A stretch of 64,000 nucleotides of DNA, taken from the NCBI RefSeq assembly GCF_000002075.1, contig NW_004797483.1:627144-691143 (forward strand), in the 5' to 3' direction. The position numbers and the translations under genes are program-made. Of this stretch, positions 36,001-48,000 are shown piece by piece. This DNA is from Aplysia californica (lineage: Eukaryota). The first letter of the stretch is position 1, and each line of letters begins with the position of its first letter. A model generated the notes under the pieces. The model worked only from the letters and a program-made list of their open reading frames with translations. It made no database searches and was not told where the DNA came from.

Positions 36001-39000
36001 TTCCCCCCCCCAACATTAATGAAAATTCTTGAAGTTTCACAGGGAGCATGCTGGAATTAAGCCAATACCTGAACCTTCAAGGACTTATTGTTTCTCACAT
36101 TGTCATGTCGTTAATAATCAGCTTTTGACTTACCATTATCTAATAATATAAAATGTGCTGTTATTTTGTTTGCACTATCTGTATTGATACGCTGAATTGC
36201 TTTATTAGTTTTATTTATTTAGTTGAGGTTTTACGGCGCTCGTAACTCCATTAAGTCATATGANNNNNNNNNNNNNNNNNNNNNNNNNNNNNNNNNNNNN
36301 NNNNNNNNNNNNNNNNNNNNNNNNNNNNNNNNNNNNNNNNNNNNNNNNNNNNNNNNNNNNNNNNNNNNNNNNNNNNNNNNNNNNNNNNNNNNNNNNNNNN
36401 NNNNNNNNNNNNNNNNNNNNNNNNNNNNNNNNNNNNNNNNNNNNNNNNNNNNNNNNNNNNNNNNNNNNNNNNNNNNNNNNNNNNNNNNNNNNNNNNNNNN
36501 NNNNCTTTCTCCGACTCTCTCCCTCTCCCCATCCCTCTCCCTCCTCCTGGAAGCAGTTATCCTGCTGAATTTGTTTCCAAGATTTTGCATCCTTCTCAAT
36601 CTCAAACAGGTTCATAGGTGGTGCTGGCCAAAGCTCTAGCCATGTGTCGGAGGGGCTTAGTACAGCATTACAGTGTTTGGATGAGATTAAACAGCTCAGA
36701 TATTCAGGGTAAGAAATAGAAAAAGCTTAAGGTCATTTGTTTGGTATCAATAATTCATATTTTCATTGTGGGCTTTAAAAAAAAAAAGAATCGAAACAAT
36801 TTTTTTTCAATACATCTTTCTGCACAAGTATAATTACTTTCTCCCTCCTACTCTCTCTCTCTTTCTCTCCCCCCCTCCCCCTTTGTTTTTAAAATTTTTC
36901 GCTCACAAACGCACTGACAGTCCCATTGTAGGAGGTTGGCAGGTGCTCTGGTGTGGTTTGCTTCTTCTTTCCAATGAAACATCTATCGTCCTTTTCTCCC
37001 CTTCTTCTTTTTTATGTTTGTTACTCTCATGTAGCACCTCTAATCTTCTAGCGCTCATAATACCGTATGCAGTTGCAAGCGCCGTAAAACTTCTACTAAA
37101 ACTTTTTAAAAACAGTCCCATTACCTGAAATACCTCACCAACTCTTCTCTTAAGTCTTCAACAAGAACAAGTACGCATTGTTTATTCTTCACTGATTTAC
37201 TCAACTTTTACTTTTAATGTTTCAATCCTACTATTAGTTTCTGTGTTTTACGTTTCCTGCTGTCTTCAAGCTTAAATCTTACATTCATTAAATAATAAAA
37301 AATCTTCAAAATTGGCCCTGAACTGTGGAAAGAAATCTCATGCTTCCTTTTATATTTTCATTTTCATTTGTTGTCCGTTGGGTTCTATCATAAACGTTTT
37401 TGGTTAGCCCAGTTGGTGTCATGTATGATCTTAATTCAAATTGTATATATATATAACAACTTTGATGATATGCTTTTGTTTCGTCCTTTATAGCAAGGCT
37501 CAAAATTAAAACGCTGTTTTAGTCATAGTTTGTGTGCGAGTATAAGGGGAAGTAACCAAGGATGACAAATGTTTGCTTGTATGAGTTGGTGTTTTCCTTG
37601 GTATAGTTGCCAAGTTCAAACTGTTGACACAAAGCTTGTTGTAATGGCCTGACAACCTAACCACAAGTTTCCATTCTATTTATTTTGCCCCTTTTTTTGC
37701 TTCCTCAATCAACTACAGTTTGGTTTCATATGAGGGGAATTTTACTTTCTTTGTTCCAAATACTATACTTATAATAAGGTTGCTCATTGGAGCCGTGATG
37801 GGGTCTTCTCTTTCTACTTCTTTACAGTGTGTCTATTTTTCCAGGATGTTTTTGTGTAATGTAGCATTTGTATTGCCACTTTCCACTGAACAGCAATTCA
37901 AATCAGCTGACACTATTTACAATTTACTGCTTCTTGTTATCGTGTCCCTTACTTGGAACAGCAAACCGAGTCAACGCCACTGCATCCTCATCTGCAACTC
38001 TCCTCCATACCACATAGTGGCAGAAGAAAGCCAGGACTATCGAGGTTACAACAGTGAACAACTGGCAAGCATGATGGGAAAGGTATAGAGTTGAATTTTT
38101 ATATGCAATACAGTCCAAATTGTACAAGATTGCCATCCATTGTCGAGGAGAAAAGTGGTTGTCTCAGACAGGTGTGGTTGTCTTGGAAAGTGTCATTATA
38201 ATAAAGAAAAAAGCCAGCAAGATGGAAAGCAGTCATTTGCACTCTTGCGATTGTCTTGGATAAGTAGCCATAACAGAAGATTTGACTGAAATATATATGG
38301 TCCTGATTGTAGAATTCTAAACCTTAGCTGCTTTGTTAATCTCTCTCTTTTATGTGGTGATTCTACATTTACTGTGACCATGTCTTTTGTTATTATGACA
38401 ATTTCCACTACTTACTCTAAAATAATTTTAGTTGGAGTTTCCAGGAAAGGCATTGAAAAGTCTAAAAAACTTCTTGATATTCTGTTTAAAATAGTTTATT
38501 TGTTGATAGCTAAGCAATAACTATCAGGAAATATATTAAACACTTTCTGTTCTGATCTTTGCTCCAAGTAATGTTCTTGCAAGCAATGTGAGTTGCTAAA
38601 ATAAGAAACAAAGGGTTTAAATACTTAAAAAGCATCATTGCTTGCTTTTTGATATGGTTGAAATACAGACCACAGGATGAATAAAGTAAGACTTATGTGT
38701 ACTGTATGTTCTTTGGTATTCCATTTTGTCTGGGATTTTAGTGTTTTCTGTCAGAGAGGTATTGTTTTTTAACAGTATTTCATTTTTGTAACCATGGATA
38801 GATCGTCTACAGAATTTATCTCTGTTAGTTCTAAATATGACCTCTCTTTTTTTGCTCTAGAGAGGAGTGCATCTGTCGATTATTTCCCCTCGTAAGATTC
38901 CAGCACTCCAGAAACTTTTCAATGAGGTATGACTTTTCTTTTCATTTCTTCTTTATTCTTGTGTTTGATGTAATTGTGTCTTTTTTGTTGAAATGCTTTT

Positions 39001-42000
39001 CTTTTTTTTTTTTTTTTTTTTTCTGATTACCATGTTTCAATTATATTGATTCAGAAATACTGCTGTAGAAATTTTGACAGTAAATGACCAAGTTTTCTGT
39101 ATAATCCCAAAATAGACCTGCAACTCTGACCTTGATTAGAGCTCTAAGGAATGGACAACATTTGTTTTATAGTTAAACATCAGTTTTGGATTGGGGAGGG
39201 GATATAAGCTGAAGACTTGGCTAAACCGTGTCTGACACCATTGACACAAACAAGGCATCTTTTTTCTACACCAGCAGATGGCTGGCAGGTAGGGCTGTAC
39301 CCCGGTAGCAAACACGCTCGTGCTCGCAAGACCCTAGTTCAAGTCACAAGCCTCAAATCACTAGGTCAAATCATCAAATCAAATCACCAGCATGATACGT
39401 TGAGTCTAGCCTAAGCTTCAAGTACCCACACCAAATTGCAATCCGCGAAGCCACTCGTGTCTGACCCCCTCTTCCTTCCCCTCCCTGCTTGCATTCCGCG
39501 AAACCCCTAACGTCAGAAAGAGAGAGAGGGGGAGAGAGAGAGAGACCCCGCGCACAGTGTCATTGTGGCACAAACTAGTCTGTTCGATTATTCGAAGGCA
39601 TACGAGCAGTGGACGGCAGGCAAGACTCAAATTGCAGCAGAGCAAAGCACTTGGTCCCAAGACCTGCTTTGCGTCTCGTATTGCTTTGTGCTAAGGGCTT
39701 GCTCTCGTGCCAATAAATCTGCTTTGAGTCCAACACCGCTCATCAGGCAAACACCGCTCGTCAGGCAAACACCGCTCGTCTGCATCGAGCCGTAAGATCT
39801 ACCGGTAATCCACCCTGCTCGCGGCGTGAACTCTGAACTCTGGACGTGGAGGAAGCGAGAGGCAGCGCTGGTTTTGGTGCAAGGCGAAGAGGGCTGTAAT
39901 AGCCTAGTGCAGACCGTTCGCGACCTCGGTGCTTTAACAGTGAAAATGTGACATCTTCATAGGCTCACATTTTGTTATCAGCTGTGTTCACTGGTATTAA
40001 AAATGGAGATACGACAAGAAAGCACTGGGGTCGCGGTATGCTAAACTATTTAGGACGCAGAATAAAGGTGTGAACACTTACAAACAATTTTTAACTGACA
40101 AAATAAATCAGTATTGTTAGCATCCCGTGGCTTGTAATTTAATCACTCGCCTAAACTACACTTCCACTCCCACCCCGACACTTAGAACAAGTTGAAGTTG
40201 AAGAGAAAGCATTGGGGAGGGGATGACAATCGTGATTTTGTCTCTGAACAATGTAAAAAACTTTTGATTTGACTGCTTCCCTATCAGAAGATCATTGTTA
40301 AGGTAAATTATATCACATTATTAATTACATTGTAGGCCTATAACTTTTAAAAAACATCTTGCTGCACTGTAACTGATATTATGTATGTATTGTGCATGTT
40401 CTATCATACAAATATTAATTATGATGTCGAATTACGCCCAGAAAATCAATAAAGCAAAACATAATCCTTCCCCCCACCAACAAATTTTTTTTTTAATCAA
40501 CAAAAAACTGAACCAAAACCCCCCCCCAAAAAACAAGACAAATAAAACCCTGTCAAACCAGGAGGCGTAAGGGGAGGGGCGGGTTCTACGGAAAGCGAGG
40601 GGTGGCGAACACCTCTCGCTTTCCCAGCCATACCACCCCCTCCCCTCCCCAAACAGTGCCATCACTGGAAGTGTGAGGGTTTTTTAGGGCTTTTCAGCGT
40701 GCGGCACACGGGCAGAAGTATCGCGCGCTCAGTAAACAAGAGTTTGTGACGTCACGACACAAATCAGTAAGCCCATCCGCCGTCCACGAGTAGCAACTCC
40801 GGTTGCGGGCAAAGCTCAAGCCTGCTCGCAAGCCTCTGGCACGAGCCGTCCGTTACTCGCAAGCCTTCGATTAATCGAGCAGACTCCAGCCCTATTGGCA
40901 GGTGCTCCTTTTATCTGCTCCAGCGGATGGTTGGTAGGTGCATTGGTGTGGTTTGCTCCTTTTCTATCAAACATCTATGGTGTTGATCTCTCCTCCTTTT
41001 TTGTGTTTGTTACTCTTTTGTCACACCTCTAATCTCGGGCACCTATATAACCTTATTGTGCTACACAAGTGCCGTAAAACGCTTACTAGGACAAATTATT
41101 CTACTCCACATGACAATTCCCTTGTCTATTGGCCAGGCTGCGGCAGGTGACAACTACCACCCGCACCAACAGGGATACTACGCTGTCGACCCCCGCCATC
41201 TGGTGCTGCTCAAGGGGTTTCAGCTTCAAGGTACAGATTATTCGGCTGGGGGGGGGGGGGGGGGGGGAGGGGAGGGGGGGGGGGGGGGGGGGGGGGGAAG
41301 AGGAGCTTTTCGGCATTTAAAACCTCTTTAATATAATAATATGTTGTTATGTATAATGTTTGTTTTGGCTTCAAACACTCCTGCCGTTGGTATGTAAAGA
41401 TAGTTTCTTTCTGTGCTTTTAGCTTCAAGGCGTGACCTCACATGATAAATGTTCTTTGTATATATGAAGCCCAACAGCTATGGAAGAAAATTTTTCTCAT
41501 TGTGTCGTTTATAAGGAGTTGATGTATACTGCAGCTTGGTTCAGGAGAAGTGTTTATTGCAGTGCGTGCCAACCAGGGAGGTACTTTCCACTAGCAGGCA
41601 ATGTGGTAATATTGGTCGGTGGTAGGGATCACCTGGGTAGTAACAGCGGTGGTTGTTTAATGCCCCGCTTCGAAATACATGTAGGTTGGCAGTATAAAGA
41701 TATTAGCCTCCTAAAGTGTAGAAACAGTAGATGCTATGAAAATGTTGACAGACCCTGAGTAGTTAAGGGAAAGTTTACCATGTTTATTCTGTTCACATAA
41801 AAGGATGTGTGAGGTCTGGTATTTTTCTGAAAGTAGGATGTGGTTGGGGGGGAGGGGGGGGGAGGTGTATTTTGGGTTGTTAAAGATTTCAGTTCTACAT
41901 ATCTGTTCTGTTGAAACAAATGTGTCCAGATGGATGAAGTCAGTTGTTACAAAATACAAAAGGGAGGTGTCCTGACAGGTAGGTCTGACTACATTGTGTT

Positions 42001-45000
42001 GCTTTATTTGCTTTTTTCAGAGAGATCTGAGATTGAAGAGGACAAAAAGCAGGCTGTCAAAGGTAAGTAGTTTTGTAAAGATGATGCTGTCTACAGTTCC
42101 AAAAAGTGTATTTTACTGGAGACAGAACTGAGCAGATCTCAGACTCAGGATTTTATGCTGGACACTACCAATATGTCATCTCTACACTAAAAAAATAAAT
42201 AACTTCAATCAGGGTTTTTTTCCTCATCGTGTAAAATAGGGTCAAATGGAGTCATTCATTTTTCTTATGACTGTAATGTCATGAAGTTTCTTTGTAGATT
42301 CTACAGCCTCTAGTGACATTAAGGTGCCCACTACTCCTCTCATCTTCGAACCTAAACCCAAAATATTTACTTTTGTGAGTGTTGGAACCTTGATCACAGT
42401 TTGTTACAGCCTTAGTCATTGCATATTTTTACCTTGATCAGACTGTGTTACAACATTAATAAAACTATAGTTTTACCTAAATCATGGTGTGTTATGACCA
42501 TGGCCTGTATGTATGATTATTTTGTTCATTGTACTCAACTTCTCAGCTCCCAGCCCAGCCATGATAAAGGAGCAGGCTGCACAGAATGTCCCCGATGCTT
42601 TCAAAAAGCCAATGACCAGTCAACCAGGTATCTCCATCTATGTGGCTTGTTTTGTTCTTCTGTTTTGGTTGTTTTATTTAAATGTTATAGTGCATATGTA
42701 TAGTCGGGTATCCTGGAGAAGCTTGCACTGCTTTACAGTAACTTCCTTAAACAGCGTGTGCGGTCATATATACTTTTTCTTTTATACTACTTCAGGGGCG
42801 TAGTTTTTCCAACCCCACAGTATACATAGTGTTTGTCGCCTTACGGGCAGCCAGATACCACTTATGAATGCACTTGTTATTCATGTGTACTGCTCCTATG
42901 TGGGGAAAATAGTCCTTGGAGTAGCGATTAGGCACTTCGCCTTTGCACGCAAAAGACCTGAGGTTGATTCCCAAGTGGGGAGAGTTGTTATTATCTCTTA
43001 TCTTTCTGCCGGGATGTTGTATTGTATCCCTCTCTGCCCAGGTGGCTTTAAAAATTTCATTTGTAGGTCCATGTGCAAGTAGCTCTGATATGTCCTCTCG
43101 TGTGGGTGGTTGGCAGGTGCTCTAATGATGTTTGTTCTTTCTTTCCTATCAAACAACTATCAACCTTATCTCTCCTCCTTCTTTGCTTTGTATGTTACCC
43201 TCAAGTAACACCTCTAATTTTCAGCACTTTTATGACCTTATTGTGTTGCAGGCCCTGTAAAAGTCTTATTACTAAAACTATGGAAATCAGGTTGCTCCTC
43301 TAAACTTCTGCACTTATATGACCTAATTGTGTTGCAAGTGATGTAAAACTCTTACTAAAACTGAAATGACACCCTTTCTGCTCCAGGTATGATGAACCAG
43401 CAGCCGGGCGCCCAGCAGATGATGCAGCCCCCTGGCCCCCAGGCGGCACAGTCCTCTCCCCTTGGCATCCAGCAGGTGGGCAACCCACAAGTGGTGATGG
43501 CTGGAGCTGGGAACATGGCCGGTGGGATGGACCCCATGGGGGCGGGGCAGGCTCCGGGTCAAGGCCAGGGCAAACACACGCTCATGATGCCCATGAGGCC
43601 ACAGGTGGGCCTTTGCACTGACTTTGTGTGCATGTTTGTGTGTGTGTGTGTGCGTATCTGTGTGTCAGACTTTCCCTTCCTTAGCCCCCCACCACCCTTC
43701 CCTCCCCCCACCTCTCTCTCTCTTTAATGTCTTCAATATTGTTCACAAAATATTTGTTTTTTGATCCAAATGAGGTAACCCGGTCTCATTAAAAACGCTC
43801 CCTGCAATTCTTAGGTGTAAGTTGATAGTTTTCATTTGAGCTGTTATCTGTTATGTTGTAATTGTCCTTGTAACATCAACTATACTTATTCAGCTTTTAG
43901 TTACTGTTTTCTTAAAAATTGAATAACTGCTTATTTTGTCAAGAATTAAAAAAAAATTTAAATCGCTTGTCAGTTGATATGTCTGGTTGATGCATATATT
44001 TGTGTATTGTATTGTGTGCACACTGTTGTGCTAAAGACTAAAAATTGATCAAAGTATCAAGTAAAAAAGTAGAAGGATATTTTCTAAAGAGAACAAAGTA
44101 TGGACATGAAAATAACAAAATTACTGTAAAAATGTGAAATATAATTTTTTTCTTATCTGTATCGGAGAAGTGTTTCCTGAAATTACAGAATTATTATTAA
44201 TATTCTATGTGTGTTTTTATGTTTAAAAGATAAGTCAAAGATGCAGTTATGTATTATGGGCAGGTATAAATTATTGGGCTTTTTTATTTTGGTGCTAGAA
44301 TTTGTTAAGGAATTGATAACATTAGAAAATGTCACTGATATCTGTAATCGTAAGGCTGCTCCTGCTCCTAAACAATGAGTTCAATTCTCACTTGGAGAAG
44401 ATATTTAATCGGGTTGTGGCATTATTGTACTGTCTTGTGGTGTCTCACACAGCCTGCATTCAGTCTAGCTCCTTGTTTTTCCAGACTGCCAATGAAGAGA
44501 GTAAAAGTGATATTTTAAAAACCTATTGTGAGAGCTGGTGTAGTAACATGGACATTTTTTCAGATTTAATTTTCTTTTTCTAAAAAAATTGAACATTTTG
44601 TGTAATTTGTGTTTGACTACACTATCTTCACAAAGAGCTGCACACAGCTTGTGTCTCTTTGTAGAGCAATAATCATTGTGTAAATGTTCAGATAGAAGAT
44701 TGAACTGCTATAGCATGCAAGAGCTTTCCTTTCTTTCTGTGCATTTCTATTTTTGAAGTTCATATTCCTTCATTGAAGTTGCTTTCTTTCTATCTTTGGT
44801 TTTGCCTCCTTCAGTTGTCCCACATTGTTTCTTATGCTCCCAATTCTGTCTTTGGATTCCTTCACATGTGGTTGAGTTTAGGGGGCTTTTATACTTCAAG
44901 CCAAAGTAAAATATATTAATGAGGGCTGACATTGCATGGTGACCAAACAGTCAAGAATTTAGGGGGATATTTCTTTTTGTGTGGCAAACTAAGGAGGGGG

Positions 45001-48000
45001 TGGGGATGGTGCTCATAATATTACTTTAGCAATGTATTTTAGAAATAGAAACCAAAAGAATATTGTAATGAATGTTTTTAACAAGTGAATAAGCAATTAA
45101 TGTTACTGTATTTTTATTGTTATACTGGTGGATCTGAAATGTAAAATAGAGTCTGTTCTGTGGTTTGCAATGGTGCTCTAGGACACATAGACTCTGAGGC
45201 TGTCATATGGGAAGTGTGTTAGAGAGTTTTGGTTGATGAAAATTGCTAAATGAATGCTGAATAAGTGGTCTGTTTGATTTTTTGTTTATGTTTGAAAAGG
45301 GCATTTTGACTCGCTAAGTATTTTTTGGAAAGGGTGTCCTCCACCTTCTTTTAGAGCTTTGTGGTTGCCCCTCTGTGGCTCCTTCTTGAGCATTGCTCAA
45401 AAATGCCCTACGCTGAACATTTGGTGTTGTTGCCTTTTCCCATTCTCTGCAAGGTTGTTTTTTTGTGTGTTTTTTTCTTAGATTTTCTTACACTAGGTGA
45501 CTATCTCTATGCCAGTGTGTTCCTCTCTAACAGACCCCCCAAAAAAACGTTGGTTCTGTTGGTGCCGTGTAGACATATTGTCTTAGGTCATTTCACCTAA
45601 TGTCACCTCCTTCAGTGAGCAATGTTATGCTGTGGGTGCTGCCTGTAGGGGTTGTAAAGCCTGAGATGAGTGCTGTGTTAACTTATTACACAAGTACACA
45701 TTTTGTATTGGATGTTCAAGCACATTTGGGGGGGGGTGTTGGTGTTAAATCTCTGTCTTCTTTTTTTTCTTTTCTCTACCCATAGGGTCATAGTACCTTG
45801 TGTGTCTTGCAGGACTGGCCTTTTGTGAAAAGGGAGTTCATGTACAGGCTCATGTATAAGTATGTGGCTTCAGGAAGAGGACAGGTTTTGGGGGAATTAA
45901 GGCCTTATCCCATCCCACTTTCCCACTTGCATGTGTTAATGCTATTTTATATTCAATCCAGCTGTCTTTCATGCCATTGAGTCGACCGATAGTTCGATTT
46001 GGCGAAGAAGACAAACTGAAAAAACCCACGGTGTGGGACCCACCTTTGAAGTGACCTATCTGGGTTTACTGAGGTGTTATACAAGTGCAAAAAATGAAGA
46101 CTTATGTATGCTGTATGATGACCTGAGCCTGTGCCTTGTTTTGCTTCAAAGGGTCAGCAAGCCAAAGTTCAAGGTCAAGCGGGACTCGCAGGCGCCACTA
46201 ACATGATGCAGCCCAGAATGGTAGTTGACTTATTCCCCTCCCCCTCTCTCTCTGATAAACACAATGACTGTTTAGCAATATTTATGTCTCTCGTAGTTTC
46301 TTTATTGTGTTGATTGTTGATGTAGTCGAGCATGCAAAGGTCATGACTTGACGTACCACTCGGTGGCGACGAACCTCTCCTCGGTATCCTTACTCCTCCC
46401 TGCTCTGATGTTATATGCCATTTATCTATTGTTAACTGCCAACTCCACTCTGGATCTAAAGGTCTAAAGACAGAACAGCATATAGCCACCCCACTCTGGG
46501 TCTAATAGTCCTGAAACAATGAACAATGAAAGACAACAGCACATGGCCACTCCGCTCTGGGTCTAAAGACAGAACAGCATATGGCCACTCCACTTTGGTT
46601 CTGAAGATCTAAAGACAGAACAGCATACAGCCACCCCACTCTGGGTCTAATAGTCTAAAGACAACAGCGTATGGCCACTCCGCTCCGCTCTGGGTCTAAA
46701 GACAGAACAGCATATAGCCACTCTGCTCTGGGTCTAAAGACAGAACAGCATATAGCCACTCTGCTCTGGGTCAAAAGATCTAAAGACAGAACAGCGTATG
46801 TCTCAACAGACCATATAGTGTTTGTGTTTTATTGGGTCTACTTTTGTGTGTCATGTGATGATGGTGTGTGTGGTTAGTTGGACCAGTGTGTACCAGAAAA
46901 TGATGGTGTGTGTGGTTAGTTGGACCAGTGTGTACCAGAAAATGATGGTGTGAGTTCAAGGACAGAATGTAAAAGCAAAAAAGAGGGGATCACTTTATTG
47001 GTCCCCATTGGGATATTTGTCAAATTTTCCTGAGCCAATAGCATGATATTGTTTGTTTATCCATGGCCTAATAAAAAATTTCTATCTATATCACTCTATC
47101 ACGTTGTTACTTGTTACCACAGTATGCACTCTGTACTGAGTTATGGTCACAGTGTCTTGCTGAAGGTCATGTCCTCAACTACCCATCGAAAAGCTCTATA
47201 TTAAATCCATATTTGTGGGAGGGGGGGGGGTAAGCTTGCTAGAGACCTCTCTGTGTGGGTAATGAGAAGAAGTGGTGCAGTACTGCTTCTTCATTTGTTA
47301 GTCATCTTTTTGTAGTTGGTCAGATGACTTTTGTGAGATACAATCGAAATTGTCTAAGACAGCAACATGTGGACATTTCACACAGTGTCATTATTATGTA
47401 AAAATGAAATATTCAGAGGAGAAGGGGGGGATCGATAGTCGCCTTTTATGCAAGTGATTGTCTTATACTAGTTGTTATAGTTAGTTTCAAATACTTTGTT
47501 TTGTCAGTTTCAGTAAATAAAAAGAACCACCTAGCTAGATAGTGTATGGATATTTTAAGGGCAAAGAAAACTGTGTATCACACAGAAAATTTAGTGTTCA
47601 GGCAAAAGTCAGTTGCATTTTGGGTTTAAGGGCCTTGGTGCACAAACACAGAGGAAAAAGACATTATTTCCAAACAGAAACAAAAGCACATTGCGCTGAG
47701 CAGTGTGTAGCAAATATGTTTTGACCTGGCTAGAACATGGTAGCTGACATCAGAGCATTGACTATGTGTTTCTTTTGCCTATTTCCTCCTGATGGTTCTT
47801 GCAGCTTACCTCGACTACTACACCCGTGATTGCCTTGTATACTTTATTTTATCCATTTATACTTTATTTGTTTAAATGATTGCATGGACTCAATTCATTT
47901 TAACTTGATTGGTTTTATTTGATTTGTAAAAATTTTAGTTTGGGAATTATGTTTTAGCCTGTCTTTTGAAATTATATTTAATTTGTTGTTGTTTTTTTTT

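Noticed and set aside
41247-41297. Long G-run after exon 7 (also 28091-28117) as a G-quadruplex or poly-Gly coding region
   Set aside because: Intronic or next to a gap; homopolymer length is unreliable in a draft assembly, so no functional claim is supportable.
42912-42985. tRNA-Ala-like sequence (similar remnants at ~6830-6890, ~16950-17025, ~32655-32725)
   Set aside because: Degenerate stems and boxes, and mostly continuous with SINE bodies; these are SINE heads, not functional tRNA genes.
46445-46800. CRISPR-like repeat array
   Set aside because: No unique spacers, no cas genes, and a eukaryotic intron context; it is a minisatellite.
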